DNA from: Caecitellus pseudoparvulus
Taxonomy: Eukaryota; Protista; Bigyra: Bicosoecida
DNA length: 64,000 bases
NCBI GenBank assembly: GCA_965644315.1
Contig: CBFFRQ010000061.1
Coordinates: forward strand, 1-64,000
Reading direction: 5' to 3'
The position numbers and the translations under genes are program-made. The notes under the pieces are model-generated. The model worked only from the letters and a program-made list of their open reading frames with translations. It did not search any database and was not told where the DNA came from. How positions within the stretch are numbered: position 1 is the first letter of the stretch; every line of letters begins with the position of its first letter. Shown here one piece after another: positions 9,114-20,140 of the stretch.

Positions 9114-10559
9114 CTACTCTTCTTCCGCCGTTCTCTCTTGCAGGGCGGCAACTGACACATCCAAATCATAGGACACTGCTGCTGGTGTCGCCCGCTCACC
9201 ATCATGGCTGAGAGGAGAAGCGACATCACTTTCTATTGTTTGTAGAACAGTGTTTGGGTCGAGCTTGCTGGCGTCCAGTTTGCCAACGACAACCCCCTTT
9301 TTCTGCTTCCAGTGATCGTCTTCTTTCACACCAGACACGAATGTGTCACGATGTACATCCTCGCGTAATATGGAAGAATCGACTAGTCCATGAGCCCACC
9401 TCTTACCACCTGCAAGATCCAACGCGCTCTTCCAAGCATCTTCGAATGCTGCTCTCGTCTCCCCCCTGCTCTCCTTACCGGATCCGTATACTTTCTCTTC
9501 GTTGACCAAAGGATCATACACTTTGTTGTCCTTGAGAAAACTACGTCTAAGATTTGTGATTCGACTTGGGGTGATATCAATGCACCCCACCACATACCTT
9601 GCAGGTACCTCCCCAAACCACACCACCTCGTCGTCTCCCCTTTTTCCCAAGTTTCCATTGGGAAAGATCTGCTTATTCTTTGCCAGCGCATTACGACTCA
9701 CAGCAGCAGCAATTGGAACTTCACAAGGCGCTGGTGAAGAATCCGCAGCAGCCGCAGCAGCCGCAGCAGTCGCACAAGTTCCAACTTCAGTGGATGCAGC
9801 TTCCTGTACCAAGGGTCCCAGATGGCCTCGACGAAGAATATCAGCTAGCTCAGCTAACGGAACACGGATGACGTACACACGGCCTACGACAGTGTCGGTC
9901 TTGAAGGTACCTCCTCCTGCAACAGCACCACGGTGCTCCACCCCAGCTGGATTGAAGCCACCTGTAGCTGCCAAGAAGGCGTGGCGAAGGCTTGTTGAAG
10001 TCGCCACAAAGGGCGAGGCAGGCCCATGGGTCACACCCATTGGCTCTGCCATGCCCTTCATGCCCCCTTTGAGCTTTTCATGGAGTCTTTCGATTGCGGG
10101 GAATGATTCTGTCCGCATGCTACCACACCTCGGTTTGGGGTGAGGAAGTTTGCCTTCGGCGAGCACTTCCATCCACTGGTCATAGCCTTGTTCAAAGTAT
10201 GTGTGAAACACAGCGCCGAAGTAGCTGTATGTGTTCCCCCGCCATATAAGCCTATCGACTTCCCCACGAACAGCATCCACTGCTGTGTGCACAGCACGCA
10301 CCAAGCACTTTCGAGCAGCATCTTCAGGTGTCAGCTGCAGAAATGGAAGAGCTTCTTCTGCCTCAGCCAAGAGCATTTCCTTCAAGCTGGCTGGGGGAAA
10401 CACAAAGCGGGAAAACAAACCCGCACTAAGGCTCTGGCAGGCAAACAGGCGTGACGGGACGTCTGCCTCCGCAAAGTCGGTCCGGTTGATGTGCAGACCC
10501 CGGAAGAGGTATACATACTCCACATCCTCTGCTTTCACTTTCGCACCTTTGGCTGCCAT
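9114..10559 (-). CDS. Putative mono-ADP-ribosyltransferase, R-S-E (enterotoxin/pertussis/scabin-like) clade
   Basis: YLFRG (strand-1 Arg), SPFVATSTS (STS motif), GRVYVI and DDEVVWFGEVP..YV (catalytic Glu) in the canonical order; likely start MAAKGAK at 10559; apparently intronless. Confidence 0.7.
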   Translation of the reverse strand: MAAKGAKVKAEDVEYVYLFRGLHINRTDFAEADVPSRLFACQSLSAGLFSRFVFPPASLKEMLLAEAEEALPFLQLTPEDAARKCLVRAVHTAVDAVRGEVDRLIWRGNTYSYFGAVFHTYFEQGYDQWMEVLAEGKLPHPKPRCGSMRTESFPAIERLHEKLKGGMKGMAEPMGVTHGPASPFVATSTSLRHAFLAATGGFNPAGVEHRGAVAGGGTFKTDTVVGRVYVIRVPLAELADILRRGHLGPLVQEAASTEVGTCATAAAAAAAADSSPAPCEVPIAAAVSRNALAKNKQIFPNGNLGKRGDDEVVWFGEVPARYVVGCIDITPSRITNLRRSFLKDNKVYDPLVNEEKVYGSGKESRGETRAAFEDAWKSALDLAGGKRWAHGLVDSSILREDVHRDTFVSGVKEDDHWKQKKGVVVGKLDASKLDPNTVLQTIESDVASPLSHDGERATPAAVSYDLDVSVAALQERTAEEE

Positions 10560-11777
10560 GTCTGCGCTGTGGACAAAGGAAAGTGCAATGAAAAAAGTGC
10601 AACAACGCCACCACGCCAACCTTATACCGCGCTCGCCACTGACCGGAAAGGGTTGGAAGTAAGTGATTAGGCCAACAGAAAAGGTCTTGATGAGTGTTGC
10701 ATGCATGGTAGAAGTTTGATGTTTGGGTTGGTGTGGTGGGTTGTGGCCAGCAAGCGCAGCTGGTGAGCACCTACCGCAACACTCGCCCCCCCTTGCACAA
10801 CGCACAGGCTATACGGTGCACATGCCGGACCCAAGCAGACCGACTGTGTGGCACGCCTATCACATCCACGTGGATTGGCGCTCCCAAACGAATGCCACAC
10901 GAAGGAAGTGGAATCCAGCGGGCCGAGAAGCAGAGCGGAATTTCCGCTCTTGCCACGGTTGCGAGCGTGTGCAGGTCGCTGCACACGCGCGACGAAGAAA
11001 TGGGGCGCAACAAGAACCGGACTGTGCTGACTTTTCGAGATTGAACACAGGCATGACTCTCAGGTGCGCTGGAAGGAGGGTCGGATGCTCAAAAGTCTCA
11101 GCCTGGTTCGTCGAGGTTGTGACGCAGGTTGCTGGTGTGGCGCGCGAAGCAACGACAGCACATTGGCACAGTCACGCCAGGCGGTGGGTGTGAAGGAAAG
11201 GTCGGACACACAAGTGAGCGCTGTTTCAGACTATCGTCCCTTTCCAAGCGATGTCCCACTGTGGCATGCGGCAACAGTGCGACATTGCATCGAATACCTG
11301 GTCTGGTCGAGGCCGTCCAACAGGTGGCACGCTCAGAGAGACACGACCTTGTCCCGCACCGGGAGTCAAAGGGGCACACATGTCACAGTAGGATCTCATC
11401 ACTGATCGCACTGCCCCGCGCGTGTCTGGGGTGTCACGCATGCCCCGCAGACCCTCGTCACGTGGCGGCTGGCACAGCCGCAGTCGGAAGTGTGCCCGAA
11501 AGCACCGTGTAGGGGTGTTTGGACGAAAGTCTGGCAAAAATGCAACGTTGGTGAGTAGGATAAAGCAGCACATCTATCCCACAGCACCGCACTGCGTCTG
11601 GGCTCCACCTGAGACCGCCAGCGAGAGCACTCCACTCCGACTGCGCACACAAGCGTGGAGCTGCGCTGCAAGAGCTGTAGAAGCCACCAACACATTGGCA
11701 TGACAGATGTTGGACTCTTCAAGGCTCCACTGTGCTCTCCATCTCACAGCGGCCTCAGCAAGTCCTCTTCCACGTCA

Positions 11778-14369
11778 TCACCTATCTGCGTGGTCTACCG
11801 AAGCAGGAGGGCGCACAACAACATCAATAACTTGCGGGGGTTCAGATCTCTGCCTCGGTTGCGCCCCAGCGGGCTTCTGTGCTGAGCCGGTGAGGCGCTG
11901 CCGGGTTGCCGCGTGCCTCGCATTTCGCTTCGCTGCAGCGGCACGCTTGGCTTCGGCTGCTGCAGCTCTTCTTGCTGCGGCAGCTGCGTGGCGTTGTTGC
12001 GCATTGAGGGCTGCTGCTGGCCCTTTCGAGCGCCTTGGCTCGTGGCCAGCGTACTTCCTTCGGACCGTTTGCTTAGTCGAACCACTTGCAGGTGATTCTG
12101 TCGGTTGGCTTGAGGCAGCTGGTCTCGGCAGTTTGGACTTCGGGGGATCGTGTGCGTTGTGAACTGGAGGGGTTGATGGAGGGGCACCGTCTACCTTGGA
12201 TGATGTCAAGTAGGACTCCAGCTTCGCGAGATGCGCAAGCAGGGCTTTCTTTTCTTGCTTCATGGCGGCCGCGACTGCCCCCATGGCTGCTAGTGTCGCC
12301 TGCGTCTTGCTTTCAGCTACTCTGCAGCTCTGCAGCTCTTGCGTGGCCATGCCAAGCTGGCGTGTGAGCTCTTTTGCAGCCCCCCTTGCCTCATCCCGTT
12401 CTGTACGAGCTTTCCTTAGCTCAGCCAATTCGCCGTCTAATAGCCCAGAGTCTGACGATCCCGAGGCACCAGCACTTCGCAAAACATCGGGAGAGCCCAG
12501 GCTGCACTGCACCCCAGTTGCACACAGGCGCATGGAGTCCGAACTGCTCGGCTTGGCACTCAGTGCAGCGTGGTCTTCACCTCCTTCAGGCTTGGACGAG
12601 CAATGCAGCGGGGTCCAGAATGGTAAGTGTCGCATCTGACTCAAGCTATCCAAGACTTGCACGCTATCCACATGACTCTTTGGGCGCTCAGGAAGGAGAC
12701 CGATCACAGACACGGGCCCCGAGGTTGGGCACAGGGCAGCCAACACACTCTGCAGCAACGTCCCCTGTCCGATCACTGGGACTGGTCGTTGTCTTGGCCA
12801 TGAAAGCGCAGAGAACAGTGCACCCAGAACTCGGTCGTTAAAGGTAAACCCCTCACACAACCTCTGGCTTTTTCGTCCAGGAGTGATGTCCCGATTTGTG
12901 GCACTTCCCAAGTCCAAGTGCATGAAGAGAAGCCTCGTCGATGGAGCACACTGGGCGCTTGAGGAAGACGTGCCAGAACTGCCACAAGCCTGTTCTTTCC
13001 AGGTCCGGCGAACCTCAACGTGGATGAACGTGTGCCGAGGAGCACCGATTCCAGCTTGAGACGGCCCGCTGGCGCCAAAGCTTTGCTCAAGCGCGCGGCG
13101 AAGCAGCCCAGTTGCCTGTGCTGGGGAATCAACTTCACAAGCGACAAGCTTGGGGTAGACTCTTGAGTGTCGTAGTTTAGGGTGGCCACCTGCAATGCTT
13201 GCCGAAAGTCGTCCAAGCACATCTTTCACCTCCCCACCACAAGCCTGCACAGCAGACACGCTCACTTGCACATTGGCTGGGCCTTGTGGCATCCCGCTCA
13301 TACTATCAGCTTGTCCATGGTCACCATCCACCACAGCTCCATGTGCAGCCTGCGACGTCTTCATCAGATCTAGCAGCGAATGCAGAGCTTGAGGGAGAAG
13401 ACCAGAGTCTCCCTCCTCGCTGCCAAGCAGCATCCGCAACCCATCGCACTCCTTGGTTGAGCACACAGCGACAGTTGCTGGAGTGCCTCGTTGCACCTCT
13501 TGGATGAGAGGCTCTACGGCCGAGAATAGTTCAACTTGTGACGCTCTCGGCTGAAAAACCTTGTCAAACGCGAAACTGCGCACTTCGCCCTCTGCCCCAG
13601 AGACGCTCACACGCCCATCACCATCTTCTGAAACTAACGCTGATCCGTCAGCCCCACCAACTCCAGAACTAGGAAAAATCTTGCAGAATACCCCTAGCGC
13701 CCTGCTGCTGAAATTCGTTGATTCGCAGCCCAGCTGAGAAGAGCGCTGCAGGAACTCAGGGATCTGCCACTCGGCGCCAGCGACTCCAAGCGCACCATCC
13801 CCATCAGACTGCTCTTCAGAGCAGTCTCTCTCCTTGCCGTGCGATTCAGTCGGTCGCTCAGGCAGGGTAGTGGGCGGCGGATGTCCTGTAGCCTCCTCCA
13901 CGGGCAACCTTGGACCACATGCCTGCGTGCCGCCTTTTCCCTGACACTGTTCTGCGTCGATACGAGAGCACGTCTCGCGCACGCGATCACGCATGAGACG
14001 TGCTGACTCTCTTGCTTCATTTGCAGCCGCCAGCACCTTGCCGAGCTCTGCCTGATGCTGCTCCTTTAGCAACTGGAGCTGAGCAGCAACATCGTCCTCG
14101 GCAGCCGTCGCCCTTTCCAGCGCTGAGTGCAAGTCTAGCTTTGCCAATGACAGCTCCTCGGAAAGAGCCTCTTCAATTTCATTGCTGAGCTGCTGGAACT
14201 CTGCAAGCTCCTCCTGCAGTCGAGGAAGGCGGGCAATATGTGCAGCGCACCAAGTGCAGTGCACCAGCGCCATCCTCCCAACCTAGACACCCACCTGCAG
14301 CGATGCCACCTGTGCTTCAGCCGACAGTGCTCGTGACTGCCATGATATATCACCTTCCTCACCTTCCAT
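11778..14369 (-). CDS. NudE/NDEL1-like N-terminal coiled coil fused to a degenerate kinesin-14-like motor domain
   Basis: Exon 14295-14369 plus GT-AG intron 14214-14294 gives W..RA....LQEELAEFQQLSNEIEEAL (NudE signature); FAFDKVF...SQ.ELF..VEPLI kinesin segment; no GxxGSGKT. Confidence 0.7.
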
Positions 14370-14774
14370 GCCAGGTTCCGGCGGGCGTGCACGAGGGGCA
14401 GCTGGCTCTTCACTCCCACCCCTGGCTCACTGGCCACGTCCAACGGCAGCGCGTGCCGTCAAGACTGCTGCCTTGACGCCCAAGAGACGCGCCCCAAACA
14501 CAATCCCCGCATTTCAAAACATTTGCACTCAATGCCACACTTTGTATTCTTACTGCAAAGTCAGAGTGGATGTCCGTCCCAGGAGCGGGCCAGTCTCGCA
14601 CATGCTGCTCAATCACATTGCCACCCACCAATCTCTCGCTTGCATTCAACCCAACAACCAACACCAAACACAGAACCCCTTCCACAAATCTACCTCTCTG
14701 CTCGACCCAAGCGCGCCCCTGGCTTCTCCGCCAAGTCCTGAACTCTGCAGCAGCACAAGCCACCATAGTGCACC

Positions 14775-15996
14775 TCACCCTGCCGAAGCCATCAGGAACG
14801 CGAGCAGGCGGGTGTGCAGCCCCGCATTTAAACATGACAAGATGAGCTCTGCTGCAACGAGGCCCACGATGAGGCGCTCCAAGTACAGGGACGTCTGCCC
14901 CTTTTTCGTTTCCAAGGCGTACTTGATGCTCTCCGCAACATACTCCAGCTTGCGCGTGAGCTCCTGGTACCGCTGACTGAGGTCTAGTTCCTCCGCCAGC
15001 TCGTCGTGCAAGGTGGCATATTGCTCCTCTTTCCAGGCTGTGCTGCCTGGGCGTACCGTGGAGCGCAGGCCGGACAGCATGATTTGGTTCGAAATGGCGC
15101 TGACGTCGCCCAGGCGGCGGTACAGCCCCGCCGAGGACACCTTCAAGCTGCCCATCACGTGCTGTTGGGTGCCGAAAAGGACGCCTCGGAGCCATCCTCC
15201 AGACGCCAGGTCCACTTCTTTGTCCAGGGCGGCGTTCACTTCACCCACCACTTCGTGCAGCGAGTCCACCTGCGCCTCGAAGAAGGCAAGGTTCACCGTC
15301 TGCGCCATGCAGCTGCTGATGATGCGCAGCGCGTCCGTGTCCAGAGTGTGCACGTGCAGTGCACCACGGTGTATGAAGCATGGCGAGGCCTTCTCAGGGT
15401 CCACCACCAGGCGCAGCTCTGCGGGCAAAATGCTCGAGCGCTTGCATCGCCGCCCTCACGCAAAGCAGCACGAAGGCCTCACCTTCTGACACCCTCCTTT
15501 GGCCAGAGGGCAGTGGCACTGTCGTGGCATGCCACAGGGCCGCTTCAAGATCATGGTCCACGCTGTTTCCATCCGCATTCACGCGCACGACGCTGCCTCG
15601 GCGCGACACGCCGAGCATGGCGGGCATGCCGGGCAGCGCCTCGACGCGGGTGTGGTGGGAGTAGTACGAATCATGGTCAATGTCGAAGAACACCCAGTCT
15701 CGATCCATGCGGTGTGAGTACGTGCCGTGCTTCCTGTGCAAAAGGCGGGGGCGCGAGCGCGTGCCGCCCATGGTCCACGCCAGTCCAAACCGGCAGCACG
15801 CTCACCATTTGCTTCGGACGTGCTGCACGAGATCGGGGAGGCTCACGGCCCGAGCTGCATAAGTCGCCTGCACAAACATGTCACCGCTCTCTACGTTCCA
15901 TGCTTGCTGCGAGCAGTCACGTCTGCAGCTGGCAATAGGCCAGCCGAAGCGAAGCTGCCTGCTGCTGCGAAACGCTTGCGAAACGAGCGCCGCCAT
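14775..15996 (-). CDS. DUF155 / RMD1-RMND1 family protein (spliced)
   Basis: IISSCMAQTVNLAFFE, W...Y..L...L...LDL.QR...L.RKL and LERLIVGLVAAE motifs; upstream exons in 15394-15771 and 15802-15996; exon boundaries approximate. Confidence 0.8.
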
Positions 15997-16184
15997 TCTC
16001 GCATCTGCGACAGCACACCAGGCTTCCATAGAGCACACACCAGGCGAAGCTTCATGAATCCCCTTGTTCAATACAATTATGGCCACACTTGGCAGACTTT
16101 CAGGTGCTCTCCAGTAGCCCCCTTCGAATCTCGCTTGCATTGGTGAAACAGCCCACCTCACATCACACACCACACGCCCACGCA

Positions 16185-19100
16185 CTACTCCTCCGACGCC
16201 TCTGCCGCCTGCAGCGCTTCGTCGAAGCTCCCATACGCCTCTTCAAACTGGTAGTTCCACAGGGTCTCCTCCGTGACTGGGTTGTACCAGTACGTCTCGT
16301 CCTCGTCGCCGGGATCTGACGCGAAGCGCTGCCAGTCGCCCCACTCCGCCAGCACTTCCTGCCCCTCCTCCTCTGCAAGTTCCTCATCTTCCCCATCAAA
16401 GAACGATGGGACACCGTCTTGCTCGCCTCCGGACGCATCGGCAGGGTACCACTCGCCGTCTTCCCCCCAGTACCCCTCCGCCGCCTCTTCACCCCCCTGC
16501 CACTCTCCGCCCGCTTCCTCAGCCCCGTGCCACTCCCCGCCCCCAATGTCCACTGCAACACAATGCTCTGGACTACCCCCGCCATCACGCTCTGCCTCAC
16601 TGGGGTCTTCCACCGCAGCCTCCGTCGCCTGGTGCGACATGCGTTTGCCTCGTGTCGTTGAAGCACGTTTGTTCTTGTACGCTGCCAGCGGGTTGTGGGC
16701 TGACACCTTGCCGCCTGTCCCCCCTCGATCCACAGGCTTGCGACTGCTGCAGCAGGCACAGCAGCTGCCCAGGGCCGCCGATATCCTCGCCCACACACCT
16801 TCGTCCTTGGCTGCGTCCTCCTCCCCTTGTTCACCTGTTTTGTCGCCGGCTGCCCCTTGGCTCCCAGAGCTGGCTGCCGCGCCACCCGCACTGTGCAGCG
16901 GGTTGCTGTACTGGCTCAGGGCACGGGGCCTGCCGGCATCGTCCTCCGTCGCCATGCCACTGCTGAAGAAGCCCTCCCCATCACCATCGCTGTCACTGTC
17001 TGCCTCCTCCGCCCCGTCACTCACATACTGCCGCATGAGAGCTTGCTGGGCGCGAGTGGGCACGAAGCCGTCAGGCTGCGTCCAGGCCGCCTCGCCGGTG
17101 CTCTTGTTCAGGAAGTAGGGCAGTTCGTAGGACGGGTGGATGTGCACGTCCCACAGCTCGCCCGGCAAGGGGTCGATGCCGCGGGGGCGGTTGGGGCGGC
17201 GCTCCCCTGTGATCTTGTTCACGTACACGCGCCAGCCCTTCTGGGGGTGCGCCGAGATGCTCCACGCTCGGTCGATTTCCTCCTGGCGAGCCTCCACTTC
17301 GTCCAGAATGGAGGGACGCGTGTACTCCACTGCCCGCGTGGACGTGTTGAACCAGTACGTCTGCCCAGTGTCTGGGTGCTGCTTGGTCTCCCAGGCGCTG
17401 GCTTGTTTCTGCAGCTTTGACAGCGCTCGCATGGCTGCAGCATCGCCAGAGGCAGCACCCGCACCTCCGTCCGCTGCCGTCGCTGTGCTGCCCTGGGCAG
17501 GCGCTTTGGCAGCCCCACCCCCCCCTGACACGCTGTTCGCCCACCCCATGACCATGTCCACGAACCCCGTAAAGCCGCTGCTACTGGGGGCATCTCTCGC
17601 TCGCTTGGCCGCCTCAGACAGCTCCGACGTGCTGTGACTCCGCCGGGTGCGGGGCTTCTGGCTGCCCTCTCCCTCAGCAGACCGCCCACCTCCCCCCTTC
17701 CCGCTGCCGCCTGACTGCACACCTTTGAAGGACGAGGACCGCCGCCTTGGGCCCGTGGAGCGCTGAGCTTCCTTGCTATCCCTCTGTCCTGCAGCGCTGT
17801 CACTGCTCTTGCTGCTCGCCTGGGCCTGCCTCGCCTTCCAATCCGCCAACGCTCGTTCAGGCACCCCCATGCTCTGCAGCTTCACGACACTCGCCCTTGG
17901 AGCACGCTTACCACCATGGGCCCTCCCTGGTGCTGTCATGCGCCCTGGTGACTTGGCAGGCGTCGGTCCCCGAGCACCACGGGGGGCGCTCTGCTGCAGT
18001 GCCAAGTTCCGGGTGCTGGCCATGCGCAAGGTGAGGCGCTGCCCCAGCTTGGAAATGCCCGACAGGCGGATGTTGCTCTTGGAGAAGTTCTTCTTCAGGC
18101 GCTCGGCGATCTCCAGGTCCTTGGCTGCCTTGTACACGTCCACTGCCACCAGCACGACAGCCAGCAACAGGAACACCGCCGCGCCAGTGACGGCGAGGGC
18201 TGCGAGGGTTATGCCGATGCCTGCCCGGCCCTCCACGCCTTGTCCTGCAAACAGCAAGCCCACGAGAAGCATGAAAGTTGTGACGATGAGACTGAGACTT
18301 TCCAGCTGCTGCTGGCGCAAGTCGACAAAGGGCTGCAGCGAGAAGTGCAGCACAAGCGCTGCGCCCATGATGAGCAGGCCCACAAACACTCGAATGGCGG
18401 CCATGTCAGTGCCGACAATGAGGGAGCCCACCGACACGAGCAGAGCCTTCTTCAACATCTGCACGCTTTCATACCACGCCACCTCTGTGCGGTAGCCGCT
18501 GTACAGGAACTCGTACTTGCGCCGCACAGAGTCCTTGTCCAGGCGATGCCTGAGGCTGTGCAGCAGGTAAGCAGAGCCAGCTGGAAAGCCGACTGAGATG
18601 AAGATGATTTGAAAGATGGCGAGTCCAAGGCTCGCATTGTGCTCGGGTGTACCGCAGCGCAGGGAGTAGTCTGTGGCCAAGTACTCCGTCCCGCCCACGG
18701 TAGTGCAGGCAATGCTGCCCATGGCTTGCTGGGAGATGCTGGGGTACATCAGGAACAACAAGAGCAGTGATACGGTGCTGAAAGCGGCCATGGGAGACGT
18801 GCCGGCCACTTGCAGTGGCGCGGGGGGCGGCAGCTCCTCCACGGTCGCTCCCGCCTCGATCTGCCCCTGCCATGCCTGCACCTTGGCCCTGTGCTGCCAC
18901 ATGACCACCCCGATGGCGACAGCGGGAATGGACAGCATGATGATGGGCATCAGGAAGAAGAAGAGCTGCAGTTGGAAGGCGTCCCACTGCAGGGCACAGT
19001 CCATGAAGCTGGCCCGGGTGCTGAGACTGCCTGCCGTGCCGGCGAAGTTGAAGAACCCGCGGATGGACGCAGGCCAACGCAGGTCAAATCCAAGCAGCAC

Positions 19101-19882
19101 GGCCGATGCTTGGAGGAAGTTGAATATGATCTGCAGCCAGACGGGCCGTGGACGTGAGCGTCGAGCGTCGCAGCGACGCAGGACACCTCGCCGCCGCTGC
19201 TCCTTCAACTCACCTTGGTCGTGACCAGCACATCTCGCTGGTGGCTGCCTGCCAAGCTGGGCTTCTGGCGCTGCATGAGGATGCGGTAAATGCCGAAACC
19301 CACCAGTGTCAACACCAGCAGCATGGTAAACACGAGAGCAGTCCAGTCCTCCGCCGGCCCAGTGCACTCGGTGCACACGAAGCTGCCGACGCTGCCATAG
19401 TCAGGCGCACAAACCGCGCACAGCGGGCCAGTGTAGCCTGTGAGTGGTGGAGTGGCGAAGTGTGCGTGCGCGCTGTGCAGAGTGCCCTGTGAAAGTGCCA
19501 GCCCGCTCAGCGCTTGCGCCGAGAGCCCAACTTGCTCCCTTTCCCTTCGGCTTGCCCGAGGCGCCAGAAGCCAGCGGAGTGCGAAGGCACAGCAAGAAGC
19601 GCCGCTCCGCTCACCTGCTGCACACGAAAAAGACAGGGTGCTCCTGCTCAGGCTGCAGGCGTCGGGGTTCTGTGCCGGGCCAGCAGGGAGGGGAGGGTGG
19701 CAAAATGCGCAAGATGCGTGTGCCTCTGCACGCCAACGTGCCTTGCAAGGATACTGCTTGAACTCGTCCACTGTGCGCAGGCCCAGCTGCACCTCCCTGA
19801 CCTGTTCTTCGTCCCACCAGTGCCCTTCCTCCAGTTGCTGTGCCAGGGACACTTGCTCACAGCCGCCGCTCCCCTGGGCCAT
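16185..19882 (-). CDS. Multi-pass membrane protein with Cys-rich ectodomain and four cytoplasmic WW domains (spliced)
   Basis: GYTGPLCAVC, IIFNFLQ, FLMYP and YLATDYS..C motifs of a widespread protist multi-TM family; W-x9-10-Y[WVF]xNxxTxxxx[WY]xxP-type WW repeats. Confidence 0.8.
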
Positions 19883-20140
19883 GGCTCAGGGGAGGGCGTT
19901 TCAGCTGCCCTTCCCCCAAGCTTGGCAGTGAGCGTGGAGCACAGTAGCACCTTTGCAAGGCATCCAAGTGGCGGACCAGCAATCAAATACATGTACATGG
20001 CCTGCTCCATCAGCTTCAGTCTCGGCGGCCTTGGTTTTTGCGGCCCGCGGGCAATGCGTGCAACGCTGGTAACAGCGACCCGCAGCTGGCGCCGCAAAAG
20101 CACTCGCATGGGTGCAAGCGCAGGCGCAAAGTAGGTACAT

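Noticed and set aside
10806-11777. Short ORFs between the ART and kinesin-like genes
   Set aside because: No motifs or coding-like composition; treated as intergenic
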